From a virus (taxonomy: Duplodnaviria; Caudoviricetes), in IMG/VR virus record IMGVR_UViG_3300040801_001103, positions 10 through 64,009 of that record: a stretch of DNA of 64,000 nt, one strand, 5' to 3'. Positions 18,888 through 28,389 of this stretch are shown one piece after another. Position numbers and translations under genes: made by a program. Position 1 is the first letter of the stretch, and every line of letters starts with the position of its first letter. The notes under the pieces were generated by a model. That model ran no database searches, had not been told where the DNA came from, and saw nothing but the letters and a program-made list of their open reading frames with translations.

Positions 18888-19895
18888 TTAGCGGCGCTTC
18901 ATACACGTTGCTTCGCTGAGCTCCTTCCAGTTGTCAGTCATCTTCTTGAGATCGGCAATCTTGAGCACCATGCGCAGCGACACTTCACGCAGTCGGGCAC
19001 CGTTTTCCTTCATAAAGGTCACCAACTCCAGATCACCTTCATCACCAAAGCCGTACTCATTAAGCATGCCGTCTGTGATGATCTGCTCAATGCGCAGGAA
19101 GCGATCACGCAAGTCCTTCATCTCGAGATCAATGTAGTGGCAGCGAGACATTAGTGCTTCCAGGTGAGGAGCAATCTTCTTGCTGGAGCAGTTCTCAAAG
19201 TCCAGGTTGGTGATGAAGATGATGCCACCCTGGAAGTCGAACGCGTCAGGAATGTTTTCTTCTTTGAGCGCGCGGCTCTCGGACTTCCAAGTCACTCGAC
19301 GCTTCTTGCCTGAGTCCAGTACAGCCTTGAGCATGTTCAGGCACTGCTCATCCCACAGGATGGTATCGCAGTCATCGAACACCAGGATTTCGCCCTTGCT
19401 GCTGGAGTTGTACAGTGTCTTGTACAAGCCAATGGGAGTCATGCTGCCCTTGACAACCTCAGTCAAGCCAGGACCCTTGTAACCTTCCATCTTGGCTTGC
19501 GCCTCGTAAAGGTCCAGGATCTGCTCAACACCGTGAGACTTACCAACACCAGGAGGACCACTAATAACCAGTCCACGCACAATGCCATCAGCGACAGCAT
19601 TGCTCATCTGATCCAGGATAGCGAAACGGGCGCGGATGCGGTCCATTGCCTCAGCGTCAGTCTCGACAACTTCAGGCTCTGCTGGAGCAGCTTGCGCACC
19701 GTCAATCACGACATCTTGCACACTCTCAATGAGCACACGACAGTTACGGGCAGGATCACCAGTAAGTTTGGCACCGTCAACAGTGACAAACATACCTTTC
19801 TTGCCATGAGAAACACCACGCACCAGTGTGAACACCTCGTTCTCTACTGGCTTGTTAGCGTAAGTGCCTCGGATAATACGGATAGTTGAATTCAT
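18888..19895 (-). CDS. AAA+ ATPase
   Basis: GPPGVGKS Walker A, ILVFDDCD Walker B, FITN sensor, ALMSR; start at MNSTIR with GGAGG SD. Confidence 0.85.
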   Translation of the reverse strand: MNSTIRIIRGTYANKPVENEVFTLVRGVSHGKKGMFVTVDGAKLTGDPARNCRVLIESVQDVVIDGAQAAPAEPEVVETDAEAMDRIRARFAILDQMSNAVADGIVRGLVISGPPGVGKSHGVEQILDLYEAQAKMEGYKGPGLTEVVKGSMTPIGLYKTLYNSSSKGEILVFDDCDTILWDEQCLNMLKAVLDSGKKRRVTWKSESRALKEENIPDAFDFQGGIIFITNLDFENCSSKKIAPHLEALMSRCHYIDLEMKDLRDRFLRIEQIITDGMLNEYGFGDEGDLELVTFMKENGARLREVSLRMVLKIADLKKMTDNWKELSEATCMKRR

Positions 19896-19938
19896 AATGT
19901 AGTGCCTCCCACAGCACAAATAACTAAACAACACATAT

Positions 19939-19966
19939 ATGATAGCAAATTTTCACGGTCTGTCAA
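19939..19966 (-). promoter_or_regulatory. Early sigma70 promoter TTGACA-N16-TATCAT
   Basis: Direct read; TGC extended -10. Confidence 0.75.
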
Positions 19967-19992
19967 CACTTCTGACAGGTTTTTTAACTTTT

Positions 19993-20481
19993 TTACGCTG
20001 ACCAGTAAGTTTCTGAGCTGGGTGAGCAGTAGTAAGGGGTGTTCACGTCTTCCTGGAACTCCTCACCAGTCATGAAGTTCTTGCGGGTCACTGTACGGTT
20101 CAGCGCAAGATAGCCGCTCATAGGCTCGATCACAAACTGTTCAACGCCCTCACAGAGCTGAGGAACACGCTTTCCTTCGAGCCGAGCTTGGGCAGCTTTG
20201 CCCTTCATGCGCGTCAGAGCAGCTTTCGCAGCGCCCTGCGTAGCGTAGATAGCGTCCTTGAGCACTCCAGCACCGTTTCCACGTACCCGCACCATGCGGT
20301 TGTTGTTTTCTGGGCTGTAAATCACGTACTTCTCGTTGGGTACCACAGGAGTGTCAACTACCTTTGACACACCAACATCGTAGCCTTTGTTAGCCAGGGC
20401 AATAAGCATGCCTTTGTCTACTTTTCCGCCCTGCTTGAGAGTCTCAAGGGCTGCTGCTTGTCGAGTAGTAAGTGCTTTCAT
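19993..20481 (-). CDS. Early hypothetical protein
   Basis: Own promoter and GGAG SD; C-terminal TPYYCSPSSETYWS motif; N-terminus shared with SprT-like protein. Confidence 0.75.
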   Translation of the reverse strand: MKALTTRQAAALETLKQGGKVDKGMLIALANKGYDVGVSKVVDTPVVPNEKYVIYSPENNNRMVRVRGNGAGVLKDAIYATQGAAKAALTRMKGKAAQARLEGKRVPQLCEGVEQFVIEPMSGYLALNRTVTRKNFMTGEEFQEDVNTPYYCSPSSETYWSA

Positions 20482-20514
20482 GTTCTTTACTCCGTTTTGT
20501 TAACCTATGTACTT

Positions 20515-20542
20515 ATGATAGCAAAACGACCGTATATGTCAA
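20515..20542 (-). promoter_or_regulatory. Early sigma70 promoter TTGACA-N16-TATCAT
   Basis: Spacer contains GGTCGTTTTGC as in 43012 copy. Confidence 0.8.
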
Positions 20543-20605
20543 CACTTTCGGCCAACTTTTTGCGTAGATTAGAGCATTTATTCTACGCAAATCATGCCGA
20601 GATTA

Positions 20606-20655
20606 TAAGTGCTTGATTTTGTTGAAGAAAAATATCCAATGAAATCAAGCACTTA
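20606..20655. promoter_or_regulatory. Two inverted IHF-consensus sites
   Basis: 20606-20618 and 20643-20655 both read AATCAAGCACTTA = WATCAANNNNTTR. Confidence 0.6.
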
Positions 20656-20656
20656 G

Positions 20657-20863
20657 CTATCGCCAGCTTTTGTCGCGATGACGAGCAATTTCAGCATCAC
20701 TGAAGCTACCGCCCTGTCGATCCACATCGTTTGCCCATGATGATTCAGCTCGCTGAGCATCCAGGACAGCCAGCAAACCACGGGTGACCTCATTCCATTC
20801 ATCACGACCTAACACCAGAAAGGCATTGTCTTCAAAGATTTGCATTGCTTTGTGAATGTTCAT
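20657..20863 (-). CDS. Early hypothetical protein
   Basis: AAGGAG SD and own promoter. Confidence 0.7.
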   Translation of the reverse strand: MNIHKAMQIFEDNAFLVLGRDEWNEVTRGLLAVLDAQRAESSWANDVDRQGGSFSDAEIARHRDKSWR

Positions 20864-20890
20864 GGCCTACTCCTTATTCAGTAAGCATCC

Positions 20891-20918
20891 ATGATAGCAG
20901 AACGGTCGTGTTTGTCAA
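20891..20918 (-). promoter_or_regulatory. Early sigma70 promoter TTGACA-N16-TATCAT
   Basis: Direct read. Confidence 0.75.
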
Positions 20919-20931
20919 GCCCCTGGATAAA

Positions 20932-21459
20932 TTAGCGCCAAGCTGGTCCCAAGCACCAGGCTACCAATGAATGACGAACACCCTTCGTGACCATCTTGAC
21001 TTCATGTGGATATATGGCAGGGAACATGATGATATCACCTGGGCTCAAATCCCGCTGCTTGCCCAGAACCATGAGATCACCGCCCTGGTAATCGTCGTCA
21101 AGTAACGCTATTAGTGTTATTTTACGGATTACTGAATGCCCAAATATAGTGTCAGTGTGTAAAGCAAAGTTACCAGCATCACTTCCGCTATACCGTGTGA
21201 CAAATGCTCGATAATCTTCACTTAGGTCGACTGAAATATCAAACTCTTTTGCGTAGCTCTCAAAAAGTCCACGTAAACCGGCCGTGATATCATGATCGTG
21301 AATTGTTGCCGTTACATGTGCTCTGCGGTTTAAACTCAGGCTGTTGCTGTAGCTGTCAGTTACCTTGGCTTTTGAAAAAGGCAAATCGCATAAACTAGTA
21401 AAGTTGGTAACGATTTGCCTCAGTGCACCTGGATATATTTTTATGTGCTCTTCACCCAT
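20932..21459 (-). CDS. 2OG-Fe(II) oxygenase (prolyl-hydroxylase-like)
   Basis: HTD...YQGGDL...FPAIYPHEV...GVRHSLV. Confidence 0.88.
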   Translation of the reverse strand: MGEEHIKIYPGALRQIVTNFTSLCDLPFSKAKVTDSYSNSLSLNRRAHVTATIHDHDITAGLRGLFESYAKEFDISVDLSEDYRAFVTRYSGSDAGNFALHTDTIFGHSVIRKITLIALLDDDYQGGDLMVLGKQRDLSPGDIIMFPAIYPHEVKMVTKGVRHSLVAWCLGPAWR

Positions 21460-22142
21460 CAGCCAATAAGATCTAGCAAGGGGATCTGGTCCACAGTGCC
21501 ATCCTCACGTATCAATAGTAACGCGCTATCGCGATCTTCCAGGCAGTCAATGCACCAGTTCTCACCCTTGGTGCGGATACCGTTACCACGAGTGTGACCA
21601 AACACCTGACGAATGCCAGGGATAGGCTCAAACTCGTAGTTGAAGTCACACCAGTAGATGCCACCCACAGGGTCACGCCCCCCACGAGCTCTGCCACACA
21701 TGGTGCGATTGGGTCCGTGTAAAAACATTTCCACGAGTGGACGGTAGTCATCTGCCTCAGGATTGTAAGGTATGGCTTGCAGCGTTACCCCAGCATGAGT
21801 TACCAGGATGTCGCCCACCCAGACATAGTCCTTAAGGGTCTCACGGAAGACATCGCGGTAGTAGTTCACCAGCTCGTGTGTATGGCTGTTCCAGCCAGCA
21901 CAGGGCTCATCATACAGATAGCTGCGCTCATGATTGGCCAGCAGAGCAGTCACACGCTCAGGCTCGAAACGGGCGGCGCCCACCACGGTAGTGATCGTGT
22001 CGAACTGCTCTTCCGGAGTGCGCGTGAAGCTGTCCAGATAGTCCCCCACGAACACCACGTTATAGTGCCCCTTGGTGGCTTTCAGAATCCGACGAGCTAT
22101 CTCGACCTGACCGTGCAGGTCTCCAACAATAATAGTGTCCAT
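21459..22142 (-). CDS. Metallophosphoesterase (calcineurin-like)
   Basis: GDLHG, GDYLD, ANHE, THAG, FGHT. Confidence 0.9.
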   Translation of the reverse strand: MDTIIVGDLHGQVEIARRILKATKGHYNVVFVGDYLDSFTRTPEEQFDTITTVVGAARFEPERVTALLANHERSYLYDEPCAGWNSHTHELVNYYRDVFRETLKDYVWVGDILVTHAGVTLQAIPYNPEADDYRPLVEMFLHGPNRTMCGRARGGRDPVGGIYWCDFNYEFEPIPGIRQVFGHTRGNGIRTKGENWCIDCLEDRDSALLLIREDGTVDQIPLLDLIG

Positions 22143-22148
22143 GATATC

Positions 22149-22661
22149 TTACCGCTTTTTGGTTTTTAGTGCTTTACGCTTTTGAGCAGGTGAATCCTGA
22201 CGCTTGCGAGCATCTTTCACGGCCCAACGATCCGCAACACAGCTGGCCGCAAATGCTTCTGGCTTGATCTTGGGCTCAAAACCCATTGTGCCCAGCACAT
22301 AACCTGTTGCTTCCTTGACAATTTCCGAACTCTTGTATCTGGGATCTGGGTTGATATCCAGGTGGATTTCAAAGCCGCGATCCTGTATCACGTCAGCAAT
22401 CTCTGTGCCCACCATGATGGCGTCAGTAACCTCAGCCATCAGACGAGTACGGATCTGTCCGTAGTAACGGTCAGTTCGATGCGATCGGAAGATTTGTGCG
22501 CCTTTGCTTGACCCATGGTGCAGAATCACCACGGTAACATAAGCAACCATGGCAACACCACCTTTGCTGAATACCTTGGAGTCTGCTCCGATGTAGACAG
22601 AGCTGTCAGGTGCTGATGCACTGATGGCATCACGTAGTTCTTGCATGTCAAATTCAATCAT
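22149..22661 (-). CDS. RNase H-like YkuK family protein
   Basis: YIGADS, RLMAE, EIHLDIN, KPEAFAAS..AD. Confidence 0.8.
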   Translation of the reverse strand: MIEFDMQELRDAISASAPDSSVYIGADSKVFSKGGVAMVAYVTVVILHHGSSKGAQIFRSHRTDRYYGQIRTRLMAEVTDAIMVGTEIADVIQDRGFEIHLDINPDPRYKSSEIVKEATGYVLGTMGFEPKIKPEAFAASCVADRWAVKDARKRQDSPAQKRKALKTKKR

Positions 22662-22680
22662 TGTAGTGTCCTCTCCACTG

Positions 22681-22713
22681 TATTTATAATACAGTATAAT
22701 GGAACGCTGTCAA
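22681..22713 (-). promoter_or_regulatory. Overlapping early (TTGACA-N16-TATTAT) and late (TATAAATA) promoters
   Basis: Direct read upstream of YkuK-like gene. Confidence 0.7.
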
Positions 22714-22869
22714 CTACCGAATTTTGCTCCATATCTGATATATCAGTATGGATATTAGCACGGTCATAAAGACCGGAGGGTGAAGCAGCACCGTGAGAAA
22801 TATCTCAAAATATCCTACTGCTACTTCTTGCCAGGGCACCATGGGTGCTGGGGTTGTGAGTTCAATCAT
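22714..22869 (-). CDS. Small membrane protein (51 aa)
   Basis: Manual: MIELTTPAPMVPWQEVAVGYFEIFLTVLLHPPVFMTVLISILIYQIWSKIR; TGATG overlap with uvsY. Confidence 0.55.
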   Translation of the reverse strand: MIELTTPAPMVPWQEVAVGYFEIFLTVLLHPPVFMTVLISILIYQIWSKIR

Positions 22870-23330
22870 CAGTCAATCACAATGTCTTCAAGTCCTGCTG
22901 TTCGCAGTTTGGTGATATGTCCAATTTGCCACTGCTTTACGTCCAGGCCTTTAAGTATGCCCAGATATCGATTACGCAAAAGACTAAATTGATTGACAAG
23001 TTGGGTGAGATTAATGACGCTGTCTTCACCATCCACATACTTTTCAGCATCACGGCTACTGAGTTGTCTGTTGTAAGTTTCCAAATATTTTCTAAAAACA
23101 TGACTGCGCTCTTTGCGCAGCAAAATGTTCAAGTGTTCCAGAATGGCTTCGATTTCTTGAAGCTGATTAAAACGATTCTCAGTGATGCCCGGAAGTTGCG
23201 AACTGTTTCGTTCCAGTGTGCCACGTATACGGACTTCAGTTTTAGCTTCGTCTAATTCAATCTCATAGAAATCTATGCAATCAACAATGGTGGACATATC
23301 GTCCACCACCGCGTTAAACCAGGTACTCAC
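22869..23330 (-). CDS. uvsY: UvsY recombination mediator
   Basis: Helical 153 aa, AEKYVDGE, K.LD.KQWQIG; downstream of uvsX. Confidence 0.8.
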   Translation of the reverse strand: MSTWFNAVVDDMSTIVDCIDFYEIELDEAKTEVRIRGTLERNSSQLPGITENRFNQLQEIEAILEHLNILLRKERSHVFRKYLETYNRQLSSRDAEKYVDGEDSVINLTQLVNQFSLLRNRYLGILKGLDVKQWQIGHITKLRTAGLEDIVID

Positions 23331-23338
23331 GGGTTATT

Positions 23339-23578
23339 TTACCACTCTTCGTCTGTGTCGTCTTCATTAAGCTCATCATCGCCCAAGTACTCAATGATGG
23401 CGGCCTTCATGATGCGATCGAATTCATTTTTGTGCATGTTAAGATCCTCCTCTGGAAGACCCACATGCTCGTCAATCGATCTCAACAAAGCGTCACAAAC
23501 ATCGTGACGCTCGTTGATGTGCACATGATTTTTTACAATGTCCCACACTTCTGTGAGTAGTGCAACTTCTGGGCCCAT
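23339..23578 (-). CDS. Hypothetical acidic protein
   Basis: Between uvsX and uvsY; acidic tail. Confidence 0.7.
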   Translation of the reverse strand: MGPEVALLTEVWDIVKNHVHINERHDVCDALLRSIDEHVGLPEEDLNMHKNEFDRIMKAAIIEYLGDDELNEDDTDEEW

Positions 23579-23581
23579 TTC

Positions 23582-24685
23582 TTATTCCTCTCCTTCAGGT
23601 TCTGGAACTTCATCCTCAATCACATCAGGCTCGGGTATTTCATCAAGCTCTGCTGCCACAGGGTTGGCATTCCATTCATCTATAATTACCTGAAGTTTGT
23701 CATCAGTCCAGCCTTTCCTGAACTCCTTGATGACTTCACCAGTAACAGGGCTCACGTACTCCAATTTGTTACCGTTCTTGACCAGGATGTCACGAGCTTC
23801 AAACAGTTCAAGTAGACCGCTGTAAGGGCTCATGCCTGATTCATAAGGAATTTCAACCTGCACACTCTCAAAAGGTTTGCTGTAACGGCTCTTCATGACC
23901 TTGCATGCACTACGGATACCGTGTACTTGCGAAGTCTTGTTGCCGTCTGCATCTACCTTGAGCTTGAGCTTGCGCATGGCCACCACGATGCTGCTAGCAT
24001 AGATAAAACCTTGTCCGCCTGAGATCTTGTCATCAGGATCGAACATGTCTTGGCTAGCGTATGTGTGGTTGGTTGCCACGATTCCCACTGGGTAAGGTGC
24101 AAGCTGGTTGACCATGTTACGAACCAAAGACGTTAACGCCTTGGGCTTGCGTCCCATGTCACCTTTCATGTCACCTTTGTTAAACTGGTCAACATCAGTG
24201 GGTGTCAACAACATTCCCAAACTGTCCACAACGAACAGTACTTTGGGCATTTCGTCATATTCAAGATCGCCATAAGCAGCCTTGTAGCTTTTCATGAACT
24301 CACTCATGGCTTTCGCCACGTCGTCAATCATGCTTACGGAAATCTTGAGAAGTCGCTCTGGACTTGTATCTACATCCAGTGCTTTGAGCCAGTCTTCATC
24401 CAAAGCGTTCTCGCTGTCAAACAGCACCACTTGGCATCCCAAGTCCTGTGCGTTCTTGGCAATGTTGCCTGAACAAATAAAGCTTTTACCTGATCCGGAT
24501 TCACCGGCAAATACTGACACCTTACCAAGGGGGATTCCACGATGGAAATCCCCGCTGATTAGATAGTTCAGAGTGTAGTTGCCAGTTGAAACCCAGTCAC
24601 GTGGGTCGTGAAAGCCCGCACTGATTCCTGAAATACTTTTGGTCAGGTCACCGCGCAGCTTCGATAGATCGAAGGGCTTCTGCAT
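23582..24685 (-). CDS. uvsX: UvsX RecA-like recombinase
   Basis: GESGSGKS, FDSENA, VVDSLG, TNHTY, SGGQGFIYASS. Confidence 0.95.
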   Translation of the reverse strand: MQKPFDLSKLRGDLTKSISGISAGFHDPRDWVSTGNYTLNYLISGDFHRGIPLGKVSVFAGESGSGKSFICSGNIAKNAQDLGCQVVLFDSENALDEDWLKALDVDTSPERLLKISVSMIDDVAKAMSEFMKSYKAAYGDLEYDEMPKVLFVVDSLGMLLTPTDVDQFNKGDMKGDMGRKPKALTSLVRNMVNQLAPYPVGIVATNHTYASQDMFDPDDKISGGQGFIYASSIVVAMRKLKLKVDADGNKTSQVHGIRSACKVMKSRYSKPFESVQVEIPYESGMSPYSGLLELFEARDILVKNGNKLEYVSPVTGEVIKEFRKGWTDDKLQVIIDEWNANPVAAELDEIPEPDVIEDEVPEPEGEE

Positions 24686-24696
24686 TGTGTTACTCC

Positions 24697-25725
24697 TTAT
24701 TCTTCAGTTTGCTTGCGCTTGCGCAGCATGGCTAGAATGTCATCAGCACTCTTGCTGGGACCAGCAGCTGGTTCTGTCTTCGCAGGTGCTTTCTCTTCAA
24801 CTTCGAAGGGAATGTCATCTGTTTCAGCTTCTTCAACTTTTGCCGGTGCCGCCTTGGGCTTTGCTGCTGCCTTGGGTGCTTCAGTTTTCTGAAGTCCAGG
24901 AGTAGCTGCTGATGCAGGTACTTCAAGACCGTAAGGCTTGTAGAAGTTACCCCAACGCTCTGGATCGTAAAGCTCGCCGTCCACGCTTGCTTCGAACATT
25001 TCCTTGATCACAGCATAGTGCTCTGCGCTAGGACGCTCTGGCAAGAAGTCACTCAGGTTGTTAAGCCCGTGCTCATCAATTGCAGCCAACTCTTCCTCAG
25101 TGAGTGCGCGTTCTTTACGTGCCCACTTTGAAGTAGAATAGTCAGCATACTGGCCTTTCGCAGTTTTCTTGATGACGAAGTCAGTACCGTTGACATAGTC
25201 AGTAGGAATATTTTCCATGTCAGGATCCATGAGGGCGTCCTTGATCAGATTGAAAATTTGCTTGTTGATCACAAAACGGCGAATTGGATTTTCTGGAAAG
25301 TCATCTTCTGTTTCGCTGGGGTTTTCTGTCACGAAGCCCTGAAAGATATAGCTATACTTCTTCCAGTATGTGCGCGCCTGGTCTTCCAGTGTGGGGTCCT
25401 TGAACCAAGGACGAATCTCTGTGAGTACAGGGCAACTGTCACCATACATTTCGCCGCAAGGCACTTGTATAGTAATTGGCTTCTTTTGCTTTTCTGGGTC
25501 ATCACTTACAATACCTGGAAACGGCAAACGAATCATCAGGCGCTCTGCCCAAAAGAATACGTTGTTCGGATCACCATCAGGAAGGAAACGAATGAGTGCA
25601 GATTGATCTGTCTCAATGTCCCAGTGCTGGTAGAGGGTTTTGTCAGTGTTGGTGTTACGTGATTTGCCGGAAGTTTTTGCTTCCATTGCTTCGAGCTTGG
25701 CTCGGATGTCTGCTATAGATCCCAT
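24697..25725 (-). CDS. gp32-like single-stranded DNA-binding protein
   Basis: IRFLPD, CPV zinc region, D...G.DF..K, Y.DYS.S.W, acidic tail ending DDILAMLR. Confidence 0.9.
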   Translation of the reverse strand: MGSIADIRAKLEAMEAKTSGKSRNTNTDKTLYQHWDIETDQSALIRFLPDGDPNNVFFWAERLMIRLPFPGIVSDDPEKQKKPITIQVPCGEMYGDSCPVLTEIRPWFKDPTLEDQARTYWKKYSYIFQGFVTENPSETEDDFPENPIRRFVINKQIFNLIKDALMDPDMENIPTDYVNGTDFVIKKTAKGQYADYSTSKWARKERALTEEELAAIDEHGLNNLSDFLPERPSAEHYAVIKEMFEASVDGELYDPERWGNFYKPYGLEVPASAATPGLQKTEAPKAAAKPKAAPAKVEEAETDDIPFEVEEKAPAKTEPAAGPSKSADDILAMLRKRKQTEE

Positions 25726-25784
25726 GATATTATTTCTCCTATGTTTGCCATGTTTTCCTATGTGCGTGGTGCTAATGCTCCACT

Positions 25785-25812
25785 AGTATAATACAAGACA
25801 AAGCAGCGTCAA
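25785..25812 (-). promoter_or_regulatory. Early promoter TTGACG-N16-TATACT
   Basis: Upstream of SSB gene. Confidence 0.65.
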
Positions 25813-25873
25813 CATAAATGCGTCCACTTTTAGGAAAACTGGATCATCCAGTTTCCTTTTGCTTTGACAATGT

Positions 25874-25881
25874 TATTTATG
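25874..25881 (-). promoter_or_regulatory. Late promoter (CATAAATA)
   Basis: Upstream of SSB gene. Confidence 0.55.
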
Positions 25882-25890
25882 CTCAGTCAC

Positions 25891-25914
25891 AAAAAAGCCC
25901 GCATAAAACGGGCT
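25891..25914 (-). terminator. Rho-independent terminator
   Basis: AGCCCG/CGGGCT stem with U-run on minus strand. Confidence 0.7.
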
Positions 25915-25938
25915 CGTTTTGAAACCATGTGTATGGTC

Positions 25939-28356
25939 TTAATACATGTCAAATCCGCTCAGGAACTTTTCGTATCCTTCGGCCAGTTGGCCCACGGTGT
26001 CCACACTCTCCGTTGCTGGATGTGTTTGGCTGGCATTGTACAGGCAACCTTTCACAGTTTTGTAATCGAAATCGTTCAGGCGCTCGCCGCTGTCCAGTCG
26101 CTTGCTAATGCCATGCAAATGGTTGCGCAAGGTACTGTCCTGTGCTGCATCACCCATCATGGTAACCTGATGACTCAGTTGTGCTTGCGGGCTGCTGTAT
26201 TGCACCACTCCGTCTGTCTCACGCAATGCACTCTTCAAGCTTTCGAAGTTTTCGTTCTGGATGGCATTTTCAATTGTGCTGCGATAGCTGTTGCGCTTGG
26301 CAATGCTGTGCTTCAATGCCTGTGTGGCGCCTGCTACTCTTTCGTCAAAGTGAGTTTCAGTAAACTTGCTTTCCAGGTCGATATCGTCTTCCAGTATTTC
26401 CAGGCTACGATAGTTGGTGACACTTTCCACTGCGCGAGCATAGGTCTTGACCCCACACAGTTGATCCAAGTTGTGTTTGATGTCATTCATGTTCTCACGA
26501 GCAATCTGCACATACTCTGAATTGGTCTCGTTTACCAAACCTTTGCTGTTCACGTAGCGAACAAACTCTTTCAACTTGCGCTGCTCAACTGCCATATCCA
26601 CGATGGCTTCACCTATGGAGTCGTGCATCTCGCCGCCTTGCTGTAGGTGTCGTGCCATGGCACGGGCTGCCTTGAGATTGTTCTCTTGCATCTTGAACCG
26701 CTCTTCGCCACGCTGGATGTAGATGCTCTGAATGTTGCGGCTACGCGCACCACGTGACTCTTCATTAACAGCTTTGCGGTGCTTGACCACTAGCTTGACA
26801 TCACCCAGTGGCTGGTAACTGGTCTTGGCACCACCATACATGCTTCCAAATCCTTCCATAACACTATCATCAAACATATCTTGTTGTCCTTTTGTTGGTT
26901 GTTTGGGCTCGTCCAACGGTAGTTCTCCTTGCTTGGGGCTTTCTCCGTCTGCTTTTACATTAAAGCCAGCGTCTATTAGTGCCTCGATGCCCGCTAGGTA
27001 TACAGGATCTTTTTTGTTTCCGTAATTAGAAATCCAAATTTTGGCGCCTGGTTTGAACGCTGACTTGACATAGCGAACTAGCTTTTTAGGGTCGCTAGTC
27101 TTGTCGGCATAAACTCTACCATCTGGATCCTTGTCCATAGCAGGATACTCAGAACCTTTCTTATCATGCCATAATTCAAACTGCCCCTTACTAAAGAATA
27201 GATCATCGGATGCTTCGTGACCTATTCGCGCTAGTCGCTTGAGTGGGTTACGAGTTTCTCCAATACCTTTTGACTTACCCTTGTTTTTGGCTGCGTCGCA
27301 ATCTGTGCACACTTCCTTGTACTTTTGACCATCACCTGGATCACGAACCATTTCGTATCCTGTGCCGTGGCATGTTGCACACTCACTTTCGCCCATGCGC
27401 TTTTTGCGTTTTGCTGCTGCTCTGCGCTGCTGTACACCAGTGTTGGACTTCTTGACTGCTTTTTCCAAATCACGAGTTGCTCTGGTTAGACCGCCAATTG
27501 CGTTGGTGTATGATTTTGGATCGTTGGCTTGCTTGGCTGCTTGTATGCGCTTGGCTACTATTTCAAAACGTTGCGTAAACATACGCTCGCTTGCTGAGTG
27601 ATCACTCTTGAGAGTGGAACGCAACTCCTCGCGCCATGATTGAATTTTTTCATCTGTCATGGTCTGCATGAAATTGTTACGGTGTGCCACAATGCGCTTT
27701 TGCTCACGCTTGTCACCAATAACAGGCAGTTTGTCCAACAGTTTACCTGTCGCATAGTAGATAGACTGGAACATGTCGTTCAACAGACCTTCTTCAAGCT
27801 CTTGGCTTTCATCAAAAGAGGCCTGTTTGCGTTTATTCTTTTTGCCAAGATGCTTGCTTAACTTATCCGAAGCAACGTCTTTAGACATTCCTGGCTTGCG
27901 GGGCTCGTTTGTATATTTCTTTAAAGTGGCTTTCATCTCGGGTGAGAAAGCTTCGTCTACCACAGGCAGCCCAGCTAGATGTCGCAGGCGATTAATTGAT
28001 TCTTCCATCTCGTTACGTTTCCTTTCAATGTCTATTTTTTCGGAGGCTTTGGGTTCCAGGCGTTTGCCGAATATACCAAAGTCAAAGGTGTACATGTACT
28101 TGGTTACAACTTTCTTGAGCTGCTCACGCAAGCGATCAATCTCATCCTCATCCTGCTCACGGTGCACACTCAGGCTGACTGTTTGTTCAGCCTCATCTAT
28201 ACGCACCAGTATGTTGGGTGAGCTTATTGCAAAGCGGGTTGCTGTGGTGGGGTCAAAGACTACCTTGCCCTCGTCGTCATAACTGGTGACGTCGTAGCCG
28301 TATCCTTTGAGCAAGTTGAATATGTTTTCTGCCACAGTAGCAACATTAACTGCCAT
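25939..28356 (-). CDS. Large conserved virion (head-associated) protein
   Basis: Late promoter at 28378; conserved-looking N- and C-terminal blocks with basic variable middle incl. CATCHGTG...CTDC. Confidence 0.6.
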   Translation of the reverse strand: MAVNVATVAENIFNLLKGYGYDVTSYDDEGKVVFDPTTATRFAISSPNILVRIDEAEQTVSLSVHREQDEDEIDRLREQLKKVVTKYMYTFDFGIFGKRLEPKASEKIDIERKRNEMEESINRLRHLAGLPVVDEAFSPEMKATLKKYTNEPRKPGMSKDVASDKLSKHLGKKNKRKQASFDESQELEEGLLNDMFQSIYYATGKLLDKLPVIGDKREQKRIVAHRNNFMQTMTDEKIQSWREELRSTLKSDHSASERMFTQRFEIVAKRIQAAKQANDPKSYTNAIGGLTRATRDLEKAVKKSNTGVQQRRAAAKRKKRMGESECATCHGTGYEMVRDPGDGQKYKEVCTDCDAAKNKGKSKGIGETRNPLKRLARIGHEASDDLFFSKGQFELWHDKKGSEYPAMDKDPDGRVYADKTSDPKKLVRYVKSAFKPGAKIWISNYGNKKDPVYLAGIEALIDAGFNVKADGESPKQGELPLDEPKQPTKGQQDMFDDSVMEGFGSMYGGAKTSYQPLGDVKLVVKHRKAVNEESRGARSRNIQSIYIQRGEERFKMQENNLKAARAMARHLQQGGEMHDSIGEAIVDMAVEQRKLKEFVRYVNSKGLVNETNSEYVQIARENMNDIKHNLDQLCGVKTYARAVESVTNYRSLEILEDDIDLESKFTETHFDERVAGATQALKHSIAKRNSYRSTIENAIQNENFESLKSALRETDGVVQYSSPQAQLSHQVTMMGDAAQDSTLRNHLHGISKRLDSGERLNDFDYKTVKGCLYNASQTHPATESVDTVGQLAEGYEKFLSGFDMY

Positions 28357-28377
28357 GTAAATCTCCTTGTATGTGTA

Positions 28378-28385
28378 TATTTATC
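28378..28385 (-). promoter_or_regulatory. Late promoter (GATAAATA)
   Basis: Followed by AAGGAG SD and ATG 28356. Confidence 0.65.
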
Positions 28386-28389
28386 GGAT

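Noticed and set aside
22714-22869. Hairpin-rich apparent intergenic region as ncRNA
   Set aside because: Fully occupied by a 51-aa membrane-protein ORF coupled to the uvsY stop
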